DNA of 63,616 bases, filler included, from Octopus bimaculoides (lineage: Eukaryota): assembly GCF_001194135.2 (NCBI RefSeq). It is 6 parts of 5 records of this genome, joined end to end, with 100 filler letters (N's around TTAATTAATTAA, not from the genome) between each part and the next. Parts side by side here need not be neighbours in the genome. Positions count along the whole stretch, not along the records: positions 1 to 22,569 come from NC_068985.1; positions 22,670 to 46,562 come from NC_068992.1; 4 more parts are not named here. One strand, given 5' to 3'. This document shows, in pieces, positions 12,176-23,275 of the stretch; within the stretch, counting starts at the first letter, position 1, and each line of letters begins with the position of its first letter. The position numbers and the translations under genes were made by a program. Under the pieces are notes generated by a model. The model did not search any database. It saw only the letters and a list, made by a program, of their open reading frames with translations, and was not told the origin of the DNA.

Positions 12176-12635
12176 NNNNNNNNNNNNNNNNNNNNNNNNN
12201 NNNNNNNNNNNNNNNNNNNNNNNNNNNNNNNNNNNNNNNNNNNNNNNNNNNNNNNNNNNNNNNNNNNNNNNNNNNNNNNNNNNNNNNNNNNNNNNNNNNN
12301 NNNNNNNNNNNNNNNNNNNNNNNNNNNNNNNNNNNNNNNNNNNNNNNNNNNNNNNNNNNNNNNNNNNNNNNNNNNNNNNNNNNNNNNNNNNNNNNNNNNN
12401 NNNNNNNNNNNNNNNNNNNNNNNNNNNNNNNNNNNNNNNNNNNNNNNNNNNNNNNNNNNNNNNNNNNNNNNNNNNNNNNNNNNNNNNNNNNNNNNNNNNN
12501 NNNNNNNNNNNNNNNNNNNNNNNNNNNNNNNNNNNNNNNNNNNNNNNNNNNNNNNNNNNNNNNNNNNNNNNNNNNNNNNNNGGTGGTGGTGGTGGTGGTG
12601 GTGGTGGGGATGACAATGACGACGACAACGACGAA
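11833..12635. repeat. Compound (AAT)/(AGT)/(GAT)/(GAC)/(GGT) trinucleotide array with gap
   Basis: Direct inspection; explains the poly-N/D/I/M ORFs. Confidence 0.95.
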
Positions 12636-13111
12636 CCCAGTGATGTTTGTACCAACAGGTATTTTTAGGGTTTACACAGTTGACCTCCTTAAATATTTCC
12701 AGGGTCTTTCATAACCATTTTCTTTCCTAACCTTTAAAATAATTTTGAAATCTAGAAGAGCTGATCCTTCTCTCTGTGAAAAATGTCTTAGAGAAATATA
12801 TATTCAATTAGAAAAAAAAAACAATAAAAGACAGACAGAAAAGTGTGATTTTGCTAGAAAAGTGCATTACAGTATGTTTGACTCATACATTTTGGTTCCT
12901 GCCTAAAAATGGTTTTTGGAATACCACTCCTCATTTTTAGAAAGCAAACTTTTCATTTGACTCATGACATGATACATAATCATAAAAATCCCCCATTATG
13001 AAACAGAAAACTAAATTAACAGACTAGATTTAAATTTGAAAATGTGTATACGTTTTAGCTCTTGTGTTTTTCTGTAACTCAGATATCAAATAATTTATTG
13101 ATATTTTGGAT

Positions 13112-13960
13112 ATCATCATCATCATCATCATCATCATCGTTTAACGTCCGCTTTCCATGCTAGCATGGGTTGGACGATTTGACTGAGGACTGGTGAAACC
13201 GGATGGCAACACCAGGCTCCAGTCTGATTTGGCAGAGTTTCTACAGCTGGATGCCCTTCCTAACGCCAACCACTCAGAGAGTGTAGTGGGTGCTTTTACG
13301 TGTCACCCGCACGAAAACGGCCACGCTCGAAATGGTGTCTTTTATGTGCCACCCGCACAAGCCAGTCCAGGNNNNNNNNNNNNNNNNNNNNNNNNNNNNN
13401 NNNNNNNNNNNNNNNNNNNNNNNNNNNNNNNNNNNNNNNNNNNNNNNNNNNNNNNNNNNNNNNNNNNNNNNNNNNNNNNNNNNNNNNNNNNNNNNNNNNN
13501 NNNNNNNNNNNNNNNNNNNNNNNNNNNNNNNNNNNNNNNNNNNNNNNNNNNNNNNNNNNNNNNNNNNNNNNNNNNNNNNNNNNNNNNNNNNNNNNNNNNN
13601 NNNNNNNNNNNNNNNNNNNNNNNNNNNNNNNNNNNNNNNNNNNNNNNNNNNNNNNNNNNNNNNNNNNNNNNNNNNNNNNNNNNNNNNNNNNNNNNNNNNN
13701 NNNNNNNNNNNNNNNNNNNNNNNNNNNNNNNNNATTGACATTACACATCCAACGGAGCATACTGGCTTCATTCCTTGCGAGCTTACGTATGTCCTCAGCA
13801 GTTACAGCCCATGTTTCACTGCCATGTAGCATGGTTGTTCGTACGCATGCGTCATACAGTCTGCCTTTTACTCTGAGTGAGCAGACTGTATGACGCATGC
13901 ATACGAACAACCATGCTACATGGCAGTGAAACATGGGCTGTAACTGCTGAGAACATACCA
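13112..13960 (-). mobile_element. 3' portion of an RTE-clade LINE (gap inside)
   Basis: Minus ORF ..SLRVKGRLYDACVRTTMLHGSETWAVTAEDIRKLARNEASMLRWMCNV is the RTE post-RT region; 3' UTR and (GAT)n tail at 13112-13370. Confidence 0.9.
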
Positions 13961-14226
13961 TTATATCAAATGGTAGTTAGCTGATGTACCCTTATAAAGT
14001 CCTCATTTAGAAACAAATGTATACACACACACACACACACACATACATTCCTAAACTCTTTATTACATAACTGTATTTTGTTAAGTTAAATTCATATTTA
14101 CTCAACAAAGCAGGATAAACATCCTTGTGTCATGGAAATTTATGTGTGTGTATATGTGTATGTGTGAGTGTGTATAGATATGCACACACATGCACATGCA
14201 CACACACACACATGTGTGTGTGCATG

Positions 14227-14261
<35 letters not shown>

Positions 14262-14664
14262 ATACACACACATGCACACACACACATGCACACACACACA
14301 CACAATCAAAATAAGCTGCAGGATATCGAGTAGTGATGTAGTACGATTGTTTCAACTGGCTCCATTTAATTGAACAATGCAATCATTACATCAATTTAAA
14401 TGCAGTGCCATCTTCAGCTGCATAAATAAATAAATAGAATTTTAACCAGTCGGACACATTAATATAATTTTTCTCAAATACTTTAACAGAGCAAGAAGAT
14501 GGAAGAAATTGATGTTGTCAATATTGTAGCTAAGAATAGACTACACTTCCAAGAATTGCATGAAGCCCACTGGGATCATAGTTTGCAAAGGACAGTAATT
14601 CATTTCTAATTCATTTATTTCTTTATCAACTACTAAATCTCAGTTATTTCTTTATATATACTAT

Positions 14665-14998
14665 TTACTCTTTACTCTTTTACTTGTTTCAGTCATTTGA
14701 CTGCAGCCATGCTGGAGCACCGCCTTTAGTCGGGCAAATCATAAACACACCAGCATCGGTTGTCAAGCAATGCTAGGAGGACAAACACAGACACACAAAC
14801 ACACACACACATATATATACATATACATATATACGACGGGCTTCTTTCAGTTTTCGTCTACCAAATCCACTCACAAGGCTTTGGTCGGCCCGAGGCTATA
14901 GTAGAAGACACTTGCCCAAGGTGCCATGCAGTGGGACTGAACCCGGAACCATGTGCTTGGTAAGCAAGCTTCTTACCACACAACCACTCCTGCGCCTA
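14665..14998 (-). mobile_element. Family A SINE with internal deletion
   Basis: Matches the 20172-20518 copy; lacks the GACCCCAGGACTTATT..CCGCTAAGTTACG segment. Confidence 0.9.
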
Positions 14999-15044
14999 TT
15001 TATACATATATAAATATATATATATATACATACATAGAAACGCG

Positions 15045-15300
15045 GAGTAGATGGAACAGGGACAACTGAAGAAGGGAAATATTCTTTATGTTGCATGTCT
15101 CGTTTCTCTGTTTGTTTTTTTCGTTGTTCGAAAAAACGTTCGTTTTCTGTCTTCGTCTATGTTTTCATTTCTCATTGTGTTTAACGTTTTTTGTGATGTC
15201 CTGTACCCATATGCATGTATGTATACATATAGATGTAGGTATGTACATGTATGTATAGATATATGCATATATTTATATATTATTTATGTTATTAGGTAGA
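15045..15300 (+). repeat. Dispersed repeat family F (possibly Penelope pseudo-LTR derived)
   Basis: GAAACGCGGAGTAGATGG..GACAACTGAAGAAGGG, pyrimidine tract, GTGATGTCCTGTACCCAT.TGCATG; homologous to 59880-60060 (minus) and 21060-21190. Confidence 0.55.
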
Positions 15301-15321
15301 TACGTAGATAGATAGATACAG

Positions 15322-15364
<43 letters not shown>

Positions 15365-15467
15365 TATGCACACGCATACATCATATGTTCTGTCAATCTC
15401 TCTCTCTCTCTATGTATGTATGTATCTATCTATCTATCTATTTATCTATATACATACATACATACAC

Positions 15468-15585
15468 CATCATCATCATCATCATCGTCGTTTAACGTCC
15501 GCTTTCCATGCTAGCATGGGTTGGACGATTTGACTGAGGACTGGTCAAACCAGATGGCTACACCAGACTCCAATCTGATTTGGCA
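15468..15585 (-). mobile_element. RTE-type 3' tail fragment
   Basis: Nearly identical to 13112-13235; a further short plus-strand tail lies at 6058-6105. Confidence 0.85.
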
Positions 15586-16453
15586 ATATATATATATATA
15601 TATATANNNNNNNNNNNNNNNNNNNNNNNNNNNNNNNNNNNNNNNNNNNNNNNNNNNNNNNNNNNNNNNNNNNNNNNNNNNNNNNNNNNNNNNNNNNNNN
15701 NNNNNNNNNNNNNNNNNNNNNNNNNNNNNNNNNNNNNNNNNNNNNNNNNNNNNNNNNNNNNNNNNNNNNNNNNNNNNNNNNNNNNNNNNNNNNNNNNNNN
15801 NNNNNNNNNNNNNNNNNNNNNNNNNNNNNNNNNNNNNNNNNNNNNNNNNNNNNNNNNNNNNNNNNNNNNNNNNNNNNNNNNNNNNNNNNNNNNNNNNNNN
15901 NNNNNNNNNNNNNNNNNNNNNNNNNNNNNNNNNNNNNNNNNNNNNNNNNNNNNNNNNNNNNNNNNNNNNNNNNNNNNNNNNNNNNNNNNNNNNNNNNNNN
16001 NNNNNNNNNNNNNNNNNNNNNNNNNNNNNNNNNNNNNNNNNNNNNNNNNNNNNNNNNNNNNNNNNNNNNNNNNNNNNNNNNNNNNNNNNNNNNNNNNNNN
16101 NNNNNNNNNNNNNNNNNNNNNNNNNNNNNNNNNNNNNNNNNNNNNNNNNNNNNNNNNNNNNNNNNNNNNNNNNNNNNNNNNNNNNNNNNNNNNNNNNNNN
16201 NNNNNNNNNNNNNNNNNNNNNNNNNNNNNNNNNNNNNNNNNNNNNNNNNNNNNNNNNNNNNNNNNNNNNNNNNNNNNNNNNNNNNNNNNNNNNNNNNNNN
16301 NNNNNNNNNNNNNNNNNNNNNNNNNNNNNNNNNNNNNNNNNNNNNNNNNNNNNNNNNNNNNNNNNNNNNNNNNNNNNNNNNNNNNNNNNNNAATATCAAC
16401 TAATTTACTGATCAGTTTCGTACCAGGAATTGGGAAAACCACAGCAATCATCA

Positions 16454-16525
16454 GAAAAGATGAAAGGAATAGAAAAGATGAAAGGAATAGAAAAGATGAA
16501 AGGAATCTAAAAGATGAAAGGAATA
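16454..16525. repeat. 18-bp minisatellite, about 4 copies (AGAAAAGATGAAAGGAAT)
   Basis: Direct inspection; resembles the GGATGAAAGG segment of family B SINEs. Confidence 0.9.
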
Positions 16526-16677
16526 ATATAGTATGGACTCTTTTGTCACTTAAGGTCTGAAAATGTCCAGTTTGTGGGTCTGTCAGCTATTGAAAAAAAA
16601 AACTGGAACAAAATTGTCCAGGTCAAAACCCAGAAAGTAAATTATTTTAATTGATTAGACTGTTATTATGCCCCTTG

Positions 16678-17020
16678 CGAAGGCACATGGCCCAGTGATT
16701 AGAGCGTTGGGCTCACAATCATGAAAAAGTGAGTTCGTTTCCTGGACTGGGCTATGTGTTGTGGTCTTGAGCAAGACACTTTATTCCATATTGCTCCACT
16801 TCACTCAGCTGTAGAATCTAGCTGCGGCACCAATGGTATTGGCCTTCGCCTTTCTCCTGGATAACATCAATGCCATGGTGCAGGGTGGCTGGTATGCATG
16901 GGCAACTGCTGGTCTTCAATAAACAGCCTTGCCCAGACTTGTGCCTTGGAGGGGAACTTTCTGGGTGCAATCTCATGGTCATTCATGACTGAAGGGGGGT
17001 CCTTCCTTCTATTATTCCTC
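16678..17020 (+). mobile_element. tRNA-derived SINE, family D
   Basis: A-box-like TGGCCCAGTGATTAG, B-box-like GAGTTCGTTTCC, then GTGTTGTGGTCTTGAGCAAGACACTTTA; homologous to 22985-23275 (minus). Confidence 0.75.
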
Positions 17021-17139
17021 TTGGATTTGGAGCAAAACAGGGCTACCACAGTATGAGAAATATTTGACTTTAGGATGGGGTTTGGGTCAGGGCAAGAGTG
17101 TGAGTGAAGTTTTGTAAACTGAAGCTGTGTGGAATCTCT

Positions 17140-17605
17140 TCATATTGGTTTAAAATTTTGGCACAAGGCCATTATATTAGGGGGAGAGGACTAACTCAAT
17201 TAAATCAACTGAAAAGCTCAACGGGTACTTATTTTATCGATCCCTGAAAGGATGAAAGGCAAAGTCAACCCCAGTGGCATTTGAAACCAGTATGTAAAGA
17301 CAGGCAATGCACAAAATGTCACTGCACATTTTGCCCAGAACGCTAGCAATTCTGCCAGCTCACTGCTATAGGAATCTCTTCATATTGGCTTCAAATTTTG
17401 GCACAAGGCCAGAAATTTCGGGCAAGGGGGTTAAGTTAGTTAAATCAATCCTAATGCTCAACTGATACTTATTTTATCAACCCCAAAAGTTTAAAAGCAA
17501 AATCGACCCCAGCAGCATTTGAACCTAGGACCTAAAGACAGACGAAATACTGCTAAGCATTCTGCCCAGCATGTTAACGATTTTGTCACCTCACTGCCTT
17601 AAGAA
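17140..17605 (-). mobile_element. Two tandem family B SINEs
   Basis: Two reverse-complement consensus copies, each starting with GGAATCTCTTCATATTGG.TT.AAATTTTGGCACAAGGCC. Confidence 0.85.
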
Positions 17606-17814
17606 TCTCTTGATATTGACTATTTCTATTTTTGGATGGTTTGTAGACTTAATTTGTTACCCTGTTTAACACTATTCTGTTCCTTAGGTACCTTTCATAG
17701 AGTCCGCTCTGCTGCAAGCATTCGGGACAGGTTCCCAGCTGGTGGATAACCTTATCTCTTTCCTGCTATCAGGCATAGAAGCCTTGAAAAAGGGCACAAG
17801 CACTTTCATATCTC

Positions 17815-17975
17815 TTTTAAGTCATTGTGGTTCTGAAACTCACTTGCAACCATTTGGTTTTGGGTTCAGTCCCACTGCACAGCACCTTGGGCAAATGTCT
17901 CCTACTATAGGACTTGGCCAACCACCACTGCTTTACAAGGGAATTTGGAAGATGGAAACTGTGTGGAAGCACATT
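17815..17975 (+). mobile_element. Family A SINE head, degenerate
   Basis: GGGTTCAGTCCCACTGCACAGCACCTTGGGCAAATGTCTCCTACTATAG. Confidence 0.75.
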
Positions 17976-18029
17976 GTATATATATGTGTGTATATATATC
18001 AGTTTGAGTAAAAAGTAAGCAACGTTTTG

Positions 18030-18790
18030 AACCATGAAGAATTTGTACTGGACTTTAGCAGAATTTTGTATATTTTTAAAACATTTTTTTGAAATTGTCT
18101 GATAATACAGACACAGACTTGCCCAAATGTATCAATAAATTAACATTGATATTTCTTTCACCGTTGTTACAATCATCTGAAATGGAACTGTCAGAGCATA
18201 ATATTCGACCAATTTTGCCATTCAACTTCAAAAAAGGATCTAAAGCAGTTGAAACTACTCATGATATCAATAAAATATTTGATGAGGAAATGACCAGTCA
18301 GTGGTCAGCTCGAAAATGGTTTAAATGATTTCGCAGTGGAGACCTGAGCCTTGAAGATCATGAGTGTAGTGGACGCCCATCTGTCATCAATGACAGTCAA
18401 TTAAAGACCATCTTTGAGATAAATCCACATAAAACCACTCAAGAACTGGCAAAAAAACTTCAAATTAGCCAGAAAACTGCCTGCATGCGATCGGAAGATC
18501 AAAAGAGCTTGACAAATAGGTACTACATGATTTGAATGAAAATTAGAAAATGCGCAGATATGAAATTTTCTCATTTCTTCTCTGTAACCAGACTGGTCCA
18601 TTTCTCAACCGTATTGTAACTTGCAGTGGTTGGACCAAAACGAAGCACTGAAAACCTTCCCTAAACCCGAGCTCTTCAAAAAGAAGGTTATGGTGACTGT
18701 TTGGTGGTGTACTGCTGGACTCATCCACTACTTAAAACCCAGGAAAACCATTACTGCAGAAACATATTGCCATAAAATTGCCAAAATGAA
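18030..18790 (+). pseudogene. Mariner transposase fragment, internally deleted
   Basis: IRPILPFNFKKGSKAVETTHDINKIFDE..ARKWFK*FRSGDLSLEDHECSGRPSVIND.QLK; FLNRIVTC; WLDQNEALKTFPKPELFKKKVMVTVWWCTAGLIHY. Confidence 0.9.
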
Positions 18791-19221
18791 CATACAAAAA
18801 AACCCCCCAAAAAACCCACAACTTTCAAACACATTTACCCTATGTACAACAGTACTCAATCTAAATATAGGTAGGATTAAACACTAACTTTAAAATTAAA
18901 CAACAAGAAGCACATAAATCTATGTACATCTGTATCAGTATTAATAGTAAACCTACAATAACTAAATTATATACTAAATAGCGACCAATCTTTAAGTCCA
19001 TACAAATAATTATCCCACCGGTCTTCCATAGTTACTACTACACGAAAAGAAAGGGAAAGCTTTGTTTCAATTCACACCAAAACAAAACACGATTGAATTT
19101 AATTTAACGAATAGTATAATGATTATGAGTGAAATACATTATTTCATAATTCAGAAGTTAATGATACAAACACTACATACTCTTAATCAATGTGTGTAAC
19201 AATTTTAGAGTTCGGATTTTA

Positions 19222-19303
19222 GAGTTAGGGTTAGTTTTAGGGTTAGGGTTAGGGTTAGGGTTAACAGTCTAGTTAGGGTTAGGGTTAGGGTTAGGGTTAG
19301 GGG
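19222..19303 (+). repeat. Interstitial telomere-type (TTAGGG)n tract
   Basis: Two runs of TTAGGG separated by TTAACAGTCTAG, with degenerate TTAGAG units upstream. Confidence 0.9.
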
Positions 19304-20171
19304 ATTAATACGATATACACCGTTACAGCGCTGTTTTCAACTGAATAGACGTCAGTGATTAGTAGAAATTATCGAAATAAGACAATTTTTTACATGAAAT
19401 AAATTCGAATACAAAAATTTTTTTCTGTTCTATAACACAAAATAGATAAGTATACAAAGTTTGAAAGTCTTTCGGTACCAAAAACACTACATAAAACATA
19501 AATGAAAACTGGTGCCCCCATTNNNNNNNNNNNNNNNNNNNNNNNNNNNNNNNNNNNNNNNNNNNNNNNNNNNNNNNNNNNNNNNNNNNNNNNNNNNNNN
19601 NNNNNNNNNNNNNNNNNNNNNNNNNNNNNNNNNNNNNNNNNNNNNNNNNNNNNNNNNNNNNNNNNNNNNNNNNNNNNNNNNNNNNNNNNNNNNNNNNNNN
19701 NNNNNNNNNNNNNNNNNNNNNNNNNNNNNNNNNNNNNNNNNNNNNNNNNNNNNNNNNNNNNNNNNNNNNNNNNNNNNNNNNNNNNNNNNNNNNNNNNNNN
19801 NNNNNNNNNNNNNNNNNNNNNNNNNNNNNNNNNNNNNNNNNNNNNNNNNNNNNNNNNNNNNNNNNNNNNNNNNNNNNNNNNNNNNNNNNNNNNNNNNNNN
19901 NNNNNNNNNNNNNNNNNNNNNNNNNNNNNNNNNNNNNNNNNNNNNNNNNNNNNNNNNNNNNNNNNNNNNNNNNNNNNNNNNNNNNNNNNNNNNNNNNNNN
20001 NNNNNNNNNNNNNNNNNNNNNNNNNNNNNNNNNNNNNNNNNNNNNNNNNNNNNNNNNNNNNNNNNNNNNNNNNNNNNNNNNNNNNNNNNNNNNNNNNNNN
20101 NNNNNNNNNNNNNNNNNNNNNNNNNNNNNNNNNNNNNNNNNNNNNNNNNNNNNNNNNNNNNNNNNNNNNNN

Positions 20172-20317
20172 CCCAGGACTTATTCTTTGTAAGCCTAGTA
20201 CTTATTCCATCGGTCTTTTTTGCCGAACCGCTAAGTTACGAGGACGTAAACACACCAGCATCGGTTGTTAAGCGATGTTGTGGGGACAAACACAGACACA
20301 CAAACATATACACACAC

Positions 20318-20354
<37 letters not shown>

Positions 20355-20518
20355 CGACGGGCTTCTTTCAGTTTCCGTCTACCAAATCCACTCACAAGGC
20401 TTTGGTCGGCCCGAGGCTATAGTAGAAGACACTTGCCCAAGGTGCCACGCAGTGGGACTGAACCCGGAACCATGTGGCTGGTAAGCAAGCTACTTACCAC
20501 ACAGCCACTCCTACGCCT
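20172..20518 (-). mobile_element. Family A SINE (well-conserved copy)
   Basis: Minus strand head AGGCGTAGGAGTGGCTGTGTGG (A-box) ..GGTTCAGTCCC (B-box), then GGCACCTTGGGCAAGTG (CORE-like), with an internal (TA)n/(TG)n tract. Confidence 0.92.
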
Positions 20519-20534
20519 ATATATAAGTATATAT

Positions 20535-20687
20535 GTTAGATAAAGCCAGTTTATGGGATTACCTTAGGTTTCATGTCCATAAAGGGCTTAGCTTTATGGT
20601 GTATCATCAGACCCCAAAATCTGTTGGCTAAAGGCCTCTATATGGATGTGAAACCTGAGGTAATCCCCTAAACCAGCCTTATCTAAC
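20535..20687. mobile_element. MITE-like foldback (about 58-bp imperfect arms)
   Basis: GTTAGATAAAGCCAGTTTATGGGATTACCTTAGGTTTCATGTCCATA.. versus the reverse complement of ..TATGGATGTGAAACCTGAGGTAATCCCCTAAACCAGCCTTATCTAAC. Confidence 0.75.
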
Positions 20688-21306
20688 TTTAATATATACT
20701 GCTCTATAACTTAGAGTGTGCTTCTTTTTTCGGTTTATCTTTACGGCTGATGTTTGTTCCCCCAAACATCAGCTGTAAACATGTTCTCTTGCCTCTGGAT
20801 GTCATTTTTTCTCGCCTCCTGACATTTTTCCTCTTCTGCTATTTTCTTCTCTTCTCTTCTATCCTTTCAAAATTTCTCCCAGGCATTACCCATTACAAAG
20901 CGTCTTGGCCTAATGACCCTTAATGTTTGTCTTTGTCCATTGTTTACTCTGTATGTCCACTCTGTAGTTATTTGTTCATTCAAAGCTCTAACTCTCCAGA
21001 AATTTAATATTTTAAAAATTTCTGGATGGTGATGTTTTATGAAGTTTTCCTATATTGTCGCTGAAAGCTGAAAAGAGGGAGTAATTATCAGTTGACAACT
21101 GAGGAGGAGTTAGACTTCTTCTGGTATTTTGTCCCGTACTTGTCTCTCATTATGTGTTTACATATGTTTCACTCAATGGTGATGTCCCCTTCTTATTGTA
21201 TATTTTTTGGTAATTCGCCCTGTACTTATCGCTCATGTGTCTACATAATTTTCACTCATTGGTGATGTTCTATACTTGATGTATTTTATATTTATTTATA
21301 CATATA

Positions 21307-21374
<68 letters not shown>

Positions 21375-21547
21375 TGTATGTATTAAAATCTGAAATATCA
21401 CATTGTTTGACTTTAATCACTTGTCCAACAAATGATAAACAATCTGTTTATCTATGTACATGCTTACCTACCTCCTTATATATATATCATCAATGTATCA
21501 TATATCTGGAAACGCACACTATAAAGCATTAATGTATTAAAAGTAAT

Positions 21548-21858
21548 TGAGTTTATCTCGGTCATAAAGTGGCCAATAGTTTCACATCCACAAAGACGTC
21601 AATGAGGTTAAACCCTTTGTGGACATGAAAGCATTAGTTTTCTATGACTGGACATGGACACAATTAATATATCTATTACATACGTGGGAAGCCAATGGCG
21701 ATTTTATTGAATAAATTTACTTTTTGGTATTTCAAGATATTTTTTATCTAAAGCACTCTAGATTTGTCTTCAGCTTTAGAGTCTGATAAGACATTTGCGA
21801 GGCTAAGGCCTTTGTGGATGCAACACTATTGGTCACTCTATGACCAGACATTAACTTA
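21548..21858. mobile_element. MITE-like element, about 45-bp imperfect TIRs
   Basis: GGTCATAAAGTGGCCAATAGTTTCACATCCACAAAG versus CTTTGTGGATGCAACACTATTGGTCACTCTATGACC. Confidence 0.6.
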
Positions 21859-21999
21859 ATTACTTCTAATATGTGTGTGTGTGTGTGTGTGTGTGTGTAT
21901 GCAAGACTTTATTATCCAGTATATTTAAGACAGCATGATATGATTTGTGTGAAATTTGGGTGTTATTATTTGGGTGTTATTTGGGTGTTATTACTTCTA

Positions 22000-22031
<32 letters not shown>

Positions 22032-22110
22032 ATGCAAGACTTTATTATCCAGTATATCCTTGCATCATTTAAGACAGCATGATATGATTTGTGTAAAATT
22101 TGGGTGTTAT
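21858..22110. repeat. About 130-bp direct tandem duplication containing (TG)n
   Basis: TTACTTCTAATAT(GT)nATGCAAGACTTTATTATCCAGTATAT..AAGACAGCATGATATGATTTGTGT.AAATTTGGGTGTTA occurs twice; the second copy has an extra 11 bp. Confidence 0.9.
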
Positions 22111-22526
22111 TTCAATCAGGCCAAGTAAAACAAAATAGAAGTTCCATCCCGGAGGAGATTACTCTCAACAGTATGCTTGAATACATGTTGTCATCTGACT
22201 GAATCTCTGGAATAGCAGCAAGAGGGGAGAGAAAACACAAGGCTGAGAAATGAGATTTTTAACCATACATGGCTGCGTGGTTAAGATGATTACCTTGCAA
22301 CCATATAGTTTTGGGTTCAGTCCCACTGTATTGCTTGTGTCCTCTACAATAGACCCAGCTAATCAGTACCTTGCGAGTGAATTTGATAAATGGAAACTGT
22401 GTGGAATAACCATTACCTTTCATCCATTTGAGAGTTCAATAAAATAAATACCATTTGAGTGATGGGTTTGATGAAATCGACTAGCCCCCTCACCCATAAT
22501 TTCAGGGTTTGCACCTATAGTAGAAA

Positions 22527-22569
<43 letters not shown>

Positions 22570-22984
22570 NNNNNNNNNNNNNNNNNNNNNNNNNNNNNNN
22601 NNNNNNNNNNNNNTTAATTAATTAANNNNNNNNNNNNNNNNNNNNNNNNNNNNNNNNNNNNNNNNNNNNACATACGCATACGCACACGCGCGCACAAATA
22701 CTCTCTCTCCCTCTCTCTCTCTCTCTCTCCCTCTCTCTCTCTCTCTCTCACACACACACGCACATATAGGACGGGTTTCCATACGGTTTCCGTCTACATC
22801 TACTGAAACTCCTCAGAAGTCATTTGTCACTTAGGTGGAAGATATTTGCCCTGGGGTGCTGTACAGTGTGGTTGAATCCGAAACGACTGCACTGCAAAGC
22901 GACAGAAAACTAAATCATCCCGGAGGAAATAAAATGAACTTGTTTGGATATAAGTTGCATTCATATATATCATGAATGATTATA

Positions 22985-23275
22985 GTATTACACCTGGAAA
23001 GTCACCCTCCTAGGCACAAGTCCGGGCAAGGTTGTTTATGGAAGACCAGAAGTCACCCATACATAACATGCCTCACCGCGCCATGCCACTGATGTAATCC
23101 AAGAGAAAAGTAGAGGTCGATATAGCTTGGCACCAGTGACATCGCAATTCATTTCCACAGCTGAGTGAACTGGAGCAACATGAAATAAAGTGTCTTGCTC
23201 AACACATGGCCGGGAATCGAACTCACTACTATTGTGGGTCCAATACTCTAACCACTAAGTCATTCGTCTGCATTG
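22985..23275 (-). mobile_element. Family D SINE
   Basis: AAAGTGTCTTGCTCAA..GGGAATCGAACTC..CTAACCACTAAG (reverse tRNA-like head). Confidence 0.75.

Noticed and set aside
11768-12668. Long acidic, poly-Asn and poly-Met ORFs (also 33101-33472, 38295-38953)
   Set aside because: Translations of trinucleotide microsatellites and N gaps
20400-20518. tRNA-like A/B boxes
   Set aside because: SINE heads with no cloverleaf or acceptor stem; not tRNA genes
22614-22625. TTAATTAATTAA inside N runs (also 46607-46618, 54006-54017, 59791-59802, 62286-62297)
   Set aside because: A self-complementary six-frame stop spacer centred in a 100-bp N block (44+12+44); an assembly gap marker, not biology
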